A DNA stretch of 64,000 nt from contig NEEC01000008.1 of assembly GCA_002189035.1 (NCBI GenBank), positions 2,480,001 to 2,544,000 on the forward strand. Direction: 5' to 3'. Positions 35,001 through 47,600 of this stretch are shown one piece after another. The position numbers and the translations under genes were made by a program. The DNA comes from Utricularia gibba (taxonomy: Eukaryota > Plantae > Magnoliophyta). Under the pieces are notes generated by a model. That model made no database searches, was not told the DNA's origin, and worked only from the letters and a program-made list of their open reading frames with translations. Numbering within the stretch: the stretch's first letter is position 1; the number at the start of each line of letters is the position of its first letter.

Positions 35001-37757
35001 ATCTTCAAGGCCCTAGATGAAGGTCCAGAATTTTCTTCCAATGATCAGATCGATAATGACAAGAGTCTGGTTGCTCACATTCTTGGAATCATTGAAGATA
35101 TGAAATTCTCCCTTTTGAAACATGAGGATGATAAGCAACTTTCACTTGTTGAGAATTCTGTTCTTTTGGCACTAATTGAGCAGTTGGAGTCGAAAGGGAT
35201 TAACGTTGAGTTGCAGAAGAAGCTCATGGAAAAGGAACTCACGAGCTTGAGTAATAAAATTTCTAAGTTGGAACAAGACAAAGAGAAACTCCTGGAGTTA
35301 ATCAACAGGCTCAAGTCTGAAATGAGTGAGAGTCATTGGCGTGCAGCTATACTTGAGGCTGAAACCGACAGTCTGCGCATCAAGCACGAAGGAGTGCTAA
35401 AGGGTCACCGGGAACTGGAGGAACGAAACTCGTTGCTTATTCAGGATAACAGAAGTTTGATGGACAAGTTCACTGATCTAGAGAATAAGAAATTCTTGGC
35501 CGATCAGTTTATTGATGAAGCAATCCTGGAACATTTAACTGCTGTTAACCAATCAACCATTTTCAAGAGTCTTGCAAGCAACAAAACTGGAGAAATGAGA
35601 ATGATTCTCCAAGAGCTGGAGAATGAACGGAAGATCAATTCTGATCTCAAAATGAACATTGGTATCTTGGCGGAGGAGTTAAAGTCGCAGAAATCTGAAA
35701 CTTTGCATCTCAGAGACACTGTTTGGAAACTGAATCAAGAGATGCAGAGGATGAGAGAGTACAATGTGCAGATGATGAAGGATGCTCAAAGTGGTGAGGA
35801 AAGATTTCTTCAAGAGGTGCAGAAACGCTTGGGTGCAGAAATGAAGCTGGAAACTGCTGAAAGGTTGAACTCACAGTTGTGCCAAACGGTTGATGGGTTG
35901 AAGCTTAATGTTCAGGAATCTCTTCATGTCAGAGAAACTCTGGAAAACAACATAAGCCATCTTGGAGAAAGTATTTGCAGATTCAAGGAGAAAATTGAGG
36001 GTCTTCACACAGCCAAGAAAGAACTGGAGTCTGAACTTTGTAGACTTCGTGAAGAAATAAATCAAAAGACAAGTAGAGAGCAAAGTCTGATTTTGGAACT
36101 CCAGGATAAGAACAATAAGCTCCAAATCTTGGAGGTGGAAATCACCGCATTTTATTTTGAGTTTCAGACGTCTGCAATCAGGGATATTCTGTACAAGAAT
36201 AAGGTACAGGAGCTCTCAGGGGCGTATAATGATCTCTGGAAAGAAAATTCATCCAAAGCATCAGAGATTGAACAAATGAAATGCAATCTTCGTTTGCTGG
36301 AAGGCAAAGTTATTGAGCTGAAATCCCAGAAGCTTGCTGCTCAATCTCCATTTGTCATGAGCCTAAAGGATGATGTTAGATCACACCTTGGGGAGAATAA
36401 TCTAAGTCATCATTCAAAACTTAAACCGTATTATAATCAGGAGCCAGAGGTAATTCAAATTTTCTGCATATTGAATCTTTCCACATAATGTTTATGATGT
36501 GCTGCTTCATTACTGTATGTTCTGCTCAAAAAAAAAAATTATGGAGTGGTCAGTTGGTGTCCAGAACAGAACTGAACACTCCATTCACTTCCTTCTCTTA
36601 ATTGGATTTTCATGCCTTCATGTACTTTACAGCTTTTGGAACCTGCTTGTGGTGCTGGTGCAAGTATCTCTGAAATGCTAGAGGAAGAGCCTCTTCTGGG
36701 AATGCCGACCATGAACACAAGAACTAAATCAGCCGGAAGGATGGGGGAAGAAGTCAACAAGCCTGGTTCAAGAAAATCATGCTATGTCGGTAGACAAGAA
36801 CACCTGTCCAATGAGATTGAGCATTTGAAGCATCGCCGGTTCTTGGGTCGAGGCAAACAGGAGCACAGCAGAAGAAAAGAGCTTGGGAGTGATCTTGATT
36901 CCCCTAAGCTGCATAGAATAAAAACCAAACCATCCGCCATTCGAGAAGGAATGCGAATGAAGGATATTCCTCTTGATCAGGTGTCTGATGGGAAGAGAAT
37001 TCATCACCGAGCAGATGATCAAATGCTGGAGCTATGGGAGACAGCTGACGATAGCAGGAAAGAGATTACAATTGCAGAGTCCCTTCGTATGTCATATAGA
37101 ATGTCTGAAAGGGATATAGACTTGGAGATCAACCACGAGCCTCCTTCAACTGATTCAGACTTGGAGAAGGAGCTGAGCTTGGACAGGATGCTATCCACAA
37201 GACTCATAGAACCGGCCAAAGAAATGAACTCAAGAAGGATTCTGGAACGACTTGCATTGGATGCAAAGAGGCTTGAAAATCTTCAGATCACAGTGGATCA
37301 CCTGAGAATGAAACTTGGGACATGCAAGAAGACTAAAAGCTCCAGAAACGTCGATTTCGATACCGTCCAAGAACAGTTACAAGAAGCCGAAGAAACCATT
37401 CAAAAGCTTCTGGATTTGAATGACAATCTGGTGAAGAACATTGAAGGTTGTCCCTCTCCAGTTGACACAGTGTTATCCGATGCAATGACGATGCACAGAA
37501 GGCGCGTGACAGAACAAGCGAGAAAAGGGTCTGAAAGAATTGGAAGGCTGCAGCTAGAGCTTCAGAAGATCCAGTACATACTTCTGAAGATGGAGGAGGA
37601 GAAGAAGAACAAGGCTAGAAGCAAGTTTTTCAGGAACAGAAGCATCATTCTGAGGGACTTCATCTACAGTGGACGCAAGAACAGTGGCAAGAGGAAGAAG
37701 AGCCTTGTTTGTGGATGCTTTAGGCCTTCAACCAGTAGAAGTGGACGTCTAGGATGA
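32076..37757 (+). CDS. NET1: NETWORKED 1 family actin-binding coiled-coil protein, exons 32076-32178, 32251-36449, 36633-37757
   Basis: NAB/KIP1-like domain [22 protein letters not shown]|[35 protein letters not shown], followed by a long coiled coil. The C-terminus carries [24 protein letters not shown] and [17 protein letters not shown]. Confidence 0.95.
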
Positions 37758-38590
37758 TTCCACCACCACCACCACCACCCCTGTACCTGGTATGCTTGAA
37801 TAGTATTTGTGTGCATCATGGTCCTACAACCACCCTCACTTTCTTCTCTAAGCTAATGGATGCTGTATTCTGAACTACTAGAGACACTTCTTATGTGATC
37901 ATTTGGTTGACTGAATATCCCATCCACCTGATTATCACTTCCATGAAGACACAGGAAATGAGGAGCAATAGCAATAGTACAACACAGTAACTTTATTTCT
38001 TGGCACAACAGTTACTTTGCTTGTCGTAATTGTACTCTCCAAACACTCTGCATCTCATTCTCTAGAGTCATTTGAATATGCAGTAGCAGACAACACCCCA
38101 ACCCAGAAGTCTTCTGGTTGCGCCCATTGGATGATCAAAGTCATGCATACTGTTAGGTGGTCCTTTTCATGGAGGGGGGCACCCTCTCCATTGATCAAAG
38201 AACCAATCTCCTTCTACATAGTTATAGATAATAACTATAAAAAAGTAAAAATGGCTTCCTTTATAAAGATATTTGATTATAATTATTAAATTTGAATAAT
38301 ATTTATCTTACATAGTTTTGTAGAATATTTAATAAATTAGTTTAGACAATTAATAAATTATTTCTTTAATTTCAAATAATTGAAAGTGTGATATATGAAA
38401 TTACCTTTATAACTCTCTTGATTTTTAATGATATTATTTATATAAGATAGATACCTACTCCCAAATATTTCTATTAATTCCGTTGAAAACATAAATATCA
38501 TTACATCATCATTTATTTGCATTTGATCAAAGAATGACAACTTGTTTCATTTTCTAAAAAATTGGAAATAATGGAATCAAATCCATCAGA

Positions 38591-38623
<33 letters not shown>
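38591..38623. repeat. (ATT)11 microsatellite
   Basis: Perfect trinucleotide run between NET1 and the LRR gene. Confidence 0.95.
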
Positions 38624-39096
38624 GTGATTATTATATTCAAGTTTGGTGGAATTAAAACACACACGATATTGGGTTGTGAAGGTGGTTGCACGTGAACCAG
38701 ATTCGTTCAACCACTCAAATCAATCAGGAGGTATTACACTATAAAGTTATAAAATTAACCACCTTTTTTTTTTTGCATATTTTTAGATCAATTATATATA
38801 TATATATACGATAATTATTTTTCTCATATATTAAAAATAGTACAATTATTTTTCTAATTTATCCCGTATTAAATCATATTCGGGTATTATTATTATTATT
38901 ATTAATTGGAAAATGCATTTCAATGATGCAAACAAAGATTTCGAGGGGTGGATTGTATTTTGTACATGGGGTTTCAATAATAATAAAATGATAATTGTAG
39001 AAGGTGACTCATTAATTACTTCCCATGTGAAATTGATTACGAGTAGTAGCATACCAATGCACCTGCTTGTGACCTGTGTCCTATCGCGGCGGCGGA

Positions 39097-40171
39097 TCAG
39101 CCGGAGCCGAAGCAGTTCGCCGGATGTAGATAAAAATGTGTGCATTCTTCGAGGGAGCGCTGATTCGTCCCCCGAAAGGGATGCAATTCTGCTCCCCGTT
39201 GCTGGATTTCAGCCGCTGGCAGGAAGGCGGCGCCGCAATGTAGTAGTTGTAAGAGTAGGTGAAATTTTCTAATCGCGGGAGGGAGCATATCTCCGGTGGG
39301 ATCTTCCCGGAGAAGAAGTTGTGGGCGACGTTGAGCTGCTCCAGGCTGACCATATTCGCGATTGATTCCGGTAAGCAGCCGGCGAGTCGGTTGAATCCGA
39401 CGTCGAAAACGGTGAGGTTCTTCAGGCACCCGATCTCGTAGGGCAAGCACCCGCTTAGGCCGGTGTTCAGCAGAACAATCTCGTTCAGGGTGTTCGCCAT
39501 TAGCCCGATCCCCGGCGGCAGGCACCCACCCAGATTGTTGTTCGCCGCCACCAACACCGATACCGGGGAATTCCCCAAATTTTTGGGCAGCGGGAAGCAG
39601 AATTCGTTGTTGTTGATGAACAGAGCGTCCAATTGAAGTTCGAAAACCTCAGCCGGAACCTCTCCAGTGAATTTATTGAACCGGATATCGAGATACTTCA
39701 AAGACGGGAGTTGTAGAACCACCGATGGGAACCTGCCGGAGAAGAGATTGTTACTGATATCAAGCTCGAATAGAAGGTTAAGACCACAGAACGCATCCGG
39801 CAGGCAACCCTGAAACCGATTTGAGTTCAAGTGAAAGAGAGCAAGATCAGTGAGCTTCCCAAGCTCCTCCGGCAATGTCCCCGCCACATTCGCATGGTTC
39901 AAGTCAACTCCCGCGACAGTGACAACCTCAGGATCGTCCGGCGCGGGGCGCAGAAGACCCCGTTGTAGCTGCAGACATCCGGGCCGCACCAGTTGGCCGT
40001 GAAACCGTTGGGATCGTCGGTAATTGCCTCCTTCCAAGCTTGAAGAGCCAGGAAAGCATCATACAGCCTGGGATTTGCAAATGAATCCGGTGAATAATCC
40101 GATTGGTTCAGAGCCCGAGTGACGCAGAGGAAGAATAACAACAGAAAGCGGGCAGGAGTAAAGCCCACCAT
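39097..40171 (-). CDS. Secreted LRR protein of LRX/PEX type without an extensin tail; two frameshifts as sequenced
   Basis: Signal peptide MVGFTPARFLLLFFLCVTRA, then LQAWKEAITDDP...WCGPDVCSYNGVFC and VAGVDLNHANVAGTLPEELG. Contains LFHLNSNRF and LFELDISNN LRRs and a Cys-rich NCIP...QRS.EEC end. The sequence is spread over three frames. Confidence 0.88.
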
Positions 40172-43100
40172 CGCCAGACAATGACCTGCGCTTCATCAGA
40201 GTTCTCAGCCAGTTACTATTTAAGAGCCCCGGGAACCCAAGAAAAAGCCATAGCTTCCTTGTGATAATAATATAGTATTAAAGATTGCGCAACTTGCTGT
40301 TGGATCGCCTCTTCCAAATGCATGTGAAGTTAGACAAGGAGGAGGCCAGGGATACCCTGATCATACCCTGATCATACCACTATATCCTTTACACGAGTCA
40401 CCGCTTCCCCGCCGGCCGGCCGGCCAGAGTCGTCCCTATTCCAACCACAACCACAAACACAACGGAGTAATTTTGAAAAATACCCACTTACTGTGTGATA
40501 AAATTACACAATCATATCCACGATATTTCAAGGGTGTATTAGAAATCTTACCACATTTGTGTGTGAGAAAACTACTCATCTTTAATATAATTTTTTTAAC
40601 GAGTATATATAAAAGAGTATTAAGATGATCAAATTTGTAAATAATCACAATGGAATGATGGAGTTAGGATCCACCACTGCGTTCGCCAAACGTTGGATCG
40701 GATTTTCAATTATTAAATGAATTTTTAGTGCTTTAAAAAAATAAAATCTTGTACATGTAGTAGTTGATGTGGTGTATTGGTGTGATAGGTGAGTGTGTGT
40801 GTGTAATGGTGAAGTCTGCTTGTGCGGTGGCATCCCAACCCAATCCAACCATCTCATCCAAAATTTGAATGTCACAACTCCAACACATGACATCTAACTT
40901 TTTAGAATTAATTTTAATTTTTTTTAAAAAAAATCGTTTTTTTTTATAATAAAATTATTTATAACATATTTTTTCAAAAACATAATTTATTCCTAATAAA
41001 TTAAAAAAATGAGTAATAAATATATTTGAATTATTTGTATTTATTTATATGATTACAATTAAATTGTTATCAATAGTTATATTTTTATAAATGTATGATA
41101 ACAAAACCCACATGAAATAATATTTTTAATAAAAATGAATGAGGAGGAGGTTATGTTACAAAAAGCACATGTGGGTAAGAGAATATATAACCTATGAAAT
41201 ACAATAAAGTTTTCAACGCACGCGTAATTGAAATATGATATAGTTTTCAAGGTAAACGTATTTGGAATTGTCAACATAATTATCAGATACATTATAATTG
41301 TGATCAAATAGAAAGAACAAGGAGTAGTTTATAATCCGTTCCTGGGCTTACCCTCCCAATTCAAATGGCATATTCTTCTACTCCAATAATTGAGGAATAA
41401 GATGTCTTGGTACGACCGACCAACCTTTTGAATTTCATAATCTCTGTCCGTTCACACATTCAATTGAACCTTATCTCTTTGTGGAAAAAACGTTTCAAAT
41501 ATGATTTTATTATCAATACGAATGATTTTTATTTTAAATAAACTTCATAAGAGATGCAAAATTAAATAAAGTCTAAATCTTTAAAGAAAGCAATGTGGTA
41601 ATTAAATTTCAGTCCTAGGCTCTTAGAAATGTATTAAAAAAGTGGACATTCTTCTTTGAGTATATGATAAAAGTGGATATCGTATGTGTAAATAATTTAT
41701 CATAGTACATGAGAAAGAAAGACATAATCTTTTTTCTAATTGGTTTGATTCTTAGAGTTGGAGGGATATATTAGAAAAGTGACCACCCTTTTTAGAGTGT
41801 ATGAAAAAATATGTATATAAAAAAAACTAATCATAGCATATGAGAGATAAAAATAAAATGACTACTTTGGTAATGATTTAAAGTTGAAGAGTCAACTTGT
41901 GTAGTTTTACATAACTATGAATATCAAGTTTTTTATTTTACTTTTTAAAAAATACTCGTTGAAATACTTGTAGTAAATCGGAAATTGTGACATGTTAGAT
42001 ATAAGAAGCGTTTCATTAAATTTTTTGATTTTTTTTGACACAAAGTAGTGATTGTTTGACAAGCTTGCTCGAGTTAGCCTCTGGAACAAGTTGAACAACT
42101 GCGGCTAGAAGGAATTTCATTTCAGTATGTATTGCAGTGGCGTTTGAGAGCCTTAGAAACCCAATCCTGCTTGAATTTGTGATTTGCTACAGCATGTTTT
42201 CTGGTGGAGTGAGGACTGTATTTGAACCAGGAACGTACAACACATTCTAAATGATCAAAGTGGGGGTGACTCCTACCTTTTCCAGGATGAGTGCTCAGTA
42301 GGTTGAGCCATTTGGATGCTAAAAAAGGCTTCTGAAATGTTCATCAAGTTGATCATCTCTGAGTTGGCAATGGCTTGTAGGGTGCTGTCTCCTTGAGAAG
42401 AGATGCGCAAGTCAACTAAACTCCAGGTAACTACCATCCAAAGTCCTCCAGGTTTTTTCCCACTGCAGCTGCTAATAAAGTGTGTGGTGGGATCCTTCAT
42501 GTGCTTATAGCGACCATTTCCTGGTTCCAGTATCACAATCAGCGGGCTCGTGTCCAGTCTTTTTACATTTACTGCAGTAGTTGACTTCCTCCTACTCTGG
42601 TTTCCCATCTGAAGTAACTTCTTGCTTATTTCCCCTTTTACAGCAAGTGCACGCTGTTCTGCTCCTGTTTTTCCCAGTTCCCCTCCAAGTTGAAGCAGGG
42701 GCTGGTCAAAAGTGGGTGGCGGATCCATCACAAGAATATGATTCCTTCAGACCATGAAGAAAAACCCCCATGGCGTATTCGAGCTTTTGCACCAGAACCG
42801 TCTGCAATGCACATGTTGCACAGGAGCTGAACAAAGCATCAAACAAGGCATGAGATTGAGCAAATTTGGTGCAGATCACAAACCAGAGACACGCTATCTG
42901 CCCACAGTGTTTCTCCAAAGACTCCCAAAGGCATGTGAGTGTTGAAATTCAATATTAAATGGTTGGACGAACATATGTCAAGTTCAATACATAATAAACA
43001 TAAATTATAATAAAAAAAATTAGATTTAACCAATTATTTATAATCTGTAATTTATTATATACTAAACTATTCCACTTTTATTTTTCGATATGGTATTATA

Positions 43101-44245
43101 TATTCTAACAACGATCAATTGTCATACATGTAGAATCAGAAACAAGATCAATTGAAGTTGAGTTATAATTGTATATCTTTTTTTTTAGAATATAAATTGT
43201 TCGTATTTAATATAAAATTATTTTCGAACCGATTTTATAAAGTCAATCTTAAACTATCTACTAAACACAACCTTAAAATTTATAACATCTAGGTAGAATA
43301 CTATATTATTTTATATGTAAAAAAACAATATATGAATACGAAATTATTTAATTGTTCTGATAATAAATTTCCAAAAAGCTGCTTTAAATCCCACAAAATT
43401 ATTTTTTTCTCCGAGACACGGATGGAGAAAAGCAAGCAGTACTCACTCGCAGTTATGAGTACTGTGCTCCAGCTGGTTTTTTTTTTCTTTTTTCCGATGT
43501 GGGTTTCCGACTGTCAGTTCCGGTGGTTGAGGCTCCATTCCTCTTACTTATTTCAAACCTCGCCCACCGGCCACCGAGCCGAGCCGAGCCATCCCCAGCA
43601 TGTGTTAGCCTGTCTGGGTTGGTTGTATCCCAAGCTGACACCTGTATGTATATATGGGTGACATTAACACCCAACTCCCTCGTATTATATTAAATAATAA
43701 AATTACTCAATGTTACAATGATTAGATTGTACATTATTATCATTTTCGTTATTTATTTAATCCATGAAATAAATAAAATATAGTTTAGAATATTTATGCT
43801 AAAAACCCTATTGAATTTATCAATCAGCTGCCTTTACAAACTGTAAAAAACGGTAATTTGAAACAACTTGTCCAATTGTTTGCGGTTAAAAAAAAAGTTA
43901 CCTTCAAATTGGGTATGTCGAAAGGGGACAAGTACTACAAGCTCATTAATATATAGTTCATAAAAGAACAAAGGAAAAAATAAAAGTAAAAATAAAAAAA
44001 AAACACGAAATTACATTCCCAAGGGAAGCACACTACACTCCACTCCGAGTGAAGAAGAACACTGAAAAGATAAGCTGCTGCTGCTGCTGCTGCAGCTAAA
44101 AGCTATGCGGGAAAAAAGAAGAAAAAAACTGTGACAGATTCCAGGGTATTTACATACACTCAATCAAAATCCAAAATGGGCTGTGTATGCAAATTGCTAA
44201 GGAGAAAAAAACTATACGGGGACATGATTTTTGTTTTGTTTTTTT

Positions 44246-44624
44246 CTAAGGAATGAAGAGCTTATCTCCACACTTGCATCTCCAGGCCTCTGGATAGTAC
44301 TCTAGGGGCATACTCATACCGGGCTGAATCGGCACGTGTACTGCGCCGCAGGGATAGCAGCGGCCACATTTGGATCTGCAGGACGGCGGCCACGACCCCA
44401 GAGCGCTAATCTTCTCCTTGGCAATCCCCAGTCTCCGGACTCCTAAACCTAACACCAAAAGCACAAGAGTAATGGGGAGTCGCGGAATGATAGGGAGTGG
44501 TATGCGAATCTGAGTGCCACTTACTGATCTGGGCGAAGCCTAGAGCTGAAACGGAGGGGCGGAGGAGGAGAAGGAAAAGAAGAAATCCGAGTGCGGGGAG
44601 GGGGGGGGAGGCGGCGGCGCACAT
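44246..44624 (-). CDS. EPFL4: EPIDERMAL PATTERNING FACTOR-like peptide, EPFL4/5/6 (CHALLAH) clade, 2 exons (about 44624-44525 and 44448 or 44442 to 44246)
   Basis: Mature peptide GSWPPSCRSKCGRCYPCGAVHVPIQPGMSMPLEYYPEAWRCKCGDKLFIP has 6 Cys. A hydrophobic signal peptide is in exon 1 and the donor A|GTAAG is at 44525/44524. The exact paralog is uncertain. Confidence 0.92.
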
Positions 44625-44642
44625 CCATCGAACAAAACGGTG

Positions 44643-44693
44643 GAAGAGAAGAAGAAGAAGAAGAAGAAGAAAAAGAAGAAGAAGAAGAAGAAG
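44643..44693. repeat. Interrupted (GAA)n/(TTC)n microsatellite in the EPFL 5' UTR
   Basis: Two GAA runs separated by AAAA immediately upstream of the EPFL start. Confidence 0.9.
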
Positions 44694-47600
44694 GATTATG
44701 GGAATTGGAGAGGAAAGGAAGGGAAAGGGAAGGATGTTGGGGAATGTGAGTCCAAGTCAAGTAACTGAGCCGAGAATGCGTGTGTGTGTGTGATTTGAGT
44801 AAAGATGTCCCTCCTGAGAAAGTGACTTTTTATGTGTGCTGTCAGCTTCGAAAAGGGATTTACTGTTTACCATCTCCAAAATCCAATACACTACATGCCG
44901 TCTGGTGCAATTATTCCACAAAACTACTTTCACATTCTGTGAAGAAAAGAAAACCCATGGGATTACGCAGCAAGCTGGTTTCCCACTTGATGCTGCTTCT
45001 GTCTATCAAAACGCATCTGTATTAAAACAAAAGCGTTTGTCTAATCCACCCTCCATTATTAGAGGCTTATGACTAGACACCACACGCACATGATCAGGAA
45101 GATGAAAACAATATAATAACTCTCAGACTCTGAATGTTGCTCCAAAAGTTGGTGTACATCGAGATCAGTTCACAATGATCAAATGTGTGTTCCTGCAACT
45201 GGAATTGGTTCTCATTGCAGAAGACCCCCCGGAGCCCGAGAATGTGGTGCAGAATGAGCATACGTATGTACCCTCATCGATTACCGATGCTTATTTTGTG
45301 CTTATCGAAGACGCCCATGATGTCCTGTGATTGTTCAAAACATGTCCCAAAATGCTTCAGACAGACTACTTGGGATGCGTTTTTTCACTCAACTGCTCTA
45401 AACACACAGCCCCAGAACGGAATGAAACCTTCCAAGACATGTAAATGGGAAGGAGAAGAGAAGGGTTTTAAGATGAAAGTAATGGGGATCAGGCAGCGCA
45501 TCTCGTTTGTGCGAGAGATGGAAAGGAAACCGTTGCTGTGTGTCAAGTGAAGTAATAATTCGTTGGCTTTCTGGGTAAAAAAGAGGAGTGGGCAAAGGGG
45601 CCACTTGGGGCTGGGGGATTGGGATGAGGGTGACATACCCACGTGTTGTTTGTCTCTCAGTAAGAATCAGCTATTTATTTACCATGATGAATTTCAACAC
45701 ACCCTCCCCTTTCTTACCAAAATCTCTAGAAACAAAAAAGTCACTTGGGAAATTTTCCCCAGGAAATTGTCCTAAAACTAGTGCTCTAATTTTGTGATTA
45801 CTAGTTTAGTGGTGTTGATAAAAAGAAAAAAAAGAAGCGTTTTTTGTGTTATAAATATATACTAAAAATGTTTCAAAAAAAAAACAGAAATTTTGAAATA
45901 TTCTATTTTTTTTTTTTTGGAATCACCCTCCTCAAGTGAGTATTATGGGAAATGCATCAAACATGAATTATCATTCAATATGTAGTACAAAAATGACCAT
46001 CAGTCAGAAACTATGTGATAAAAATTGTCATTCTATATGTAATTTTTTTGAGATAAATTGACAGTAACCAATTTTCTAATCTTGCAATTCCTTATCTTCC
46101 CTTCGGCATTGTCCAAATGGGTATGTATATTCAAAAATGATGAAATTTTCGTTTTTTCATTTTTTATAGTAAATTGACTTTTGCGTAGATATTGTCGTTT
46201 TTAGGTGAATTTGGAGGGGTTTAATGAGAGGTTAGGATTTGGATAGAGAAAGGTGTGAGATGTTTGGACTGAAGAAGTGGATCAAATCTCAAAGGCCTTA
46301 AATGGGCGTGGGCCCCTCCAGATAAGAGAGCTTACCAGATTTAGATTTTCGCTTTAAATATCGTCAACACGACTCTCATTTTCCCTCGTGTTCTAACAAT
46401 TGGATTTTGATGTCTTAAAGTGGGGGTTGACACATGAAAGTCCACTTATTTGGTACTCGAAAAATAGATTTATGTTACACTTCAAAAATATTGCGATATT
46501 TTATAAATTGTGATGATTCATATTGTAAATAATTTATATAATAATGAATTATCTGAAAAGATATAAATATGTTTTTATGGAAAATATTATTTAAAGAGAA
46601 TGTTTATTAGATATTTTATAATTAAATTCATATAAAATATTATCAAATATCATATATATATTTATATAATTTTATTAAACAATTAAAAATACACTATAGT
46701 ATATTCTGCATTTAAAACATATACAGTGTTTTAAAAAAAGTTTAAATTATTCTTTGACTTGAGTTGAATCATTTTTATAATATGTGGATTCAATAATTTT
46801 AATTATATTATTAAAATAATTTAAAAATAAAATTATTATTTCAACAAATTAAACTCATTGTATGATTGAGCCCATGATTTTAAAACACAGTGACTATGAA
46901 CTCTAAATAAGAAGAGGGTGATAAGTAAACTCATGTTTATACACATGAATGTTCATAACTTGAACATCTCAACTCATGCACAATATTAGCCTATAGTGTG
47001 TTTGTCACATTTTGGGGAGAAGAATTTGGATAATCAATTCTTTTTGAAAAATTAGAAATTAGGGTATTTCAGGTTTTAAAAAACAGAAGAATTTTTAAAT
47101 TTTCAAATTTTTTCTTACAAAAATATTTATAAATGGATTTTTCATGAAATAAAAATTATTCCAAAAGATGATAATATGACAAGTGAGGGGTTTTGGGAGG
47201 AAGATTCCCTCACCAAAAGATTTGAAAGGCAGGCTGCAATGAAACGATAACGAAGGTATAGCAGCGAAGAACAATTCCAAAAGGAGATGATGCTTTTCGC
47301 TCAAGCAGCTGCCATGGAGACGGAGGACGTCGGCGCATCTGATTCTCCTCTGATGGTTGGGAAGAGATGGCATTATCATCACCACAACCTGGGCTTGCGT
47401 TTGCTGTGGAAGAATCAAACTTTAATGCCCGACTCAACTGTTCATGATGATTTGAGAAGAAAAAAATGATAGAAGCTTGCAAGGAAATCGACCATAAGTC
47501 ATATGGAATTACGAAGTGGATGATCAGATGAAGAAACCAGTGAGACGGAGACTTCACATGGTGCCAAGTGAGAGTCGGCCCTTTCATTGGGACCGTCGAA

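Noticed and set aside
32284-36125. Many antisense ORFs within NET1
   Set aside because: They are shadow frames of a long Glu/Lys/Leu-rich exon.
42130-42500. Tat/Ogre Gypsy pol or FORKED-like (DUF828) remnant
   Set aside because: Only scattered 4-6 residue similarities with wrong spacing; no RT core or other diagnostic motifs.
43494-43505. USE-like AACCCACATCGG suggesting an snRNA gene on the minus strand
   Set aside because: There is no TATA box at Pol II or Pol III spacing and no recognisable snRNA, 7SL or MRP sequence downstream.
46050-47080. Possible MULE/MITE terminal inverted repeats
   Set aside because: Only short AT-rich similarity was seen; boundaries and TSD could not be defined.
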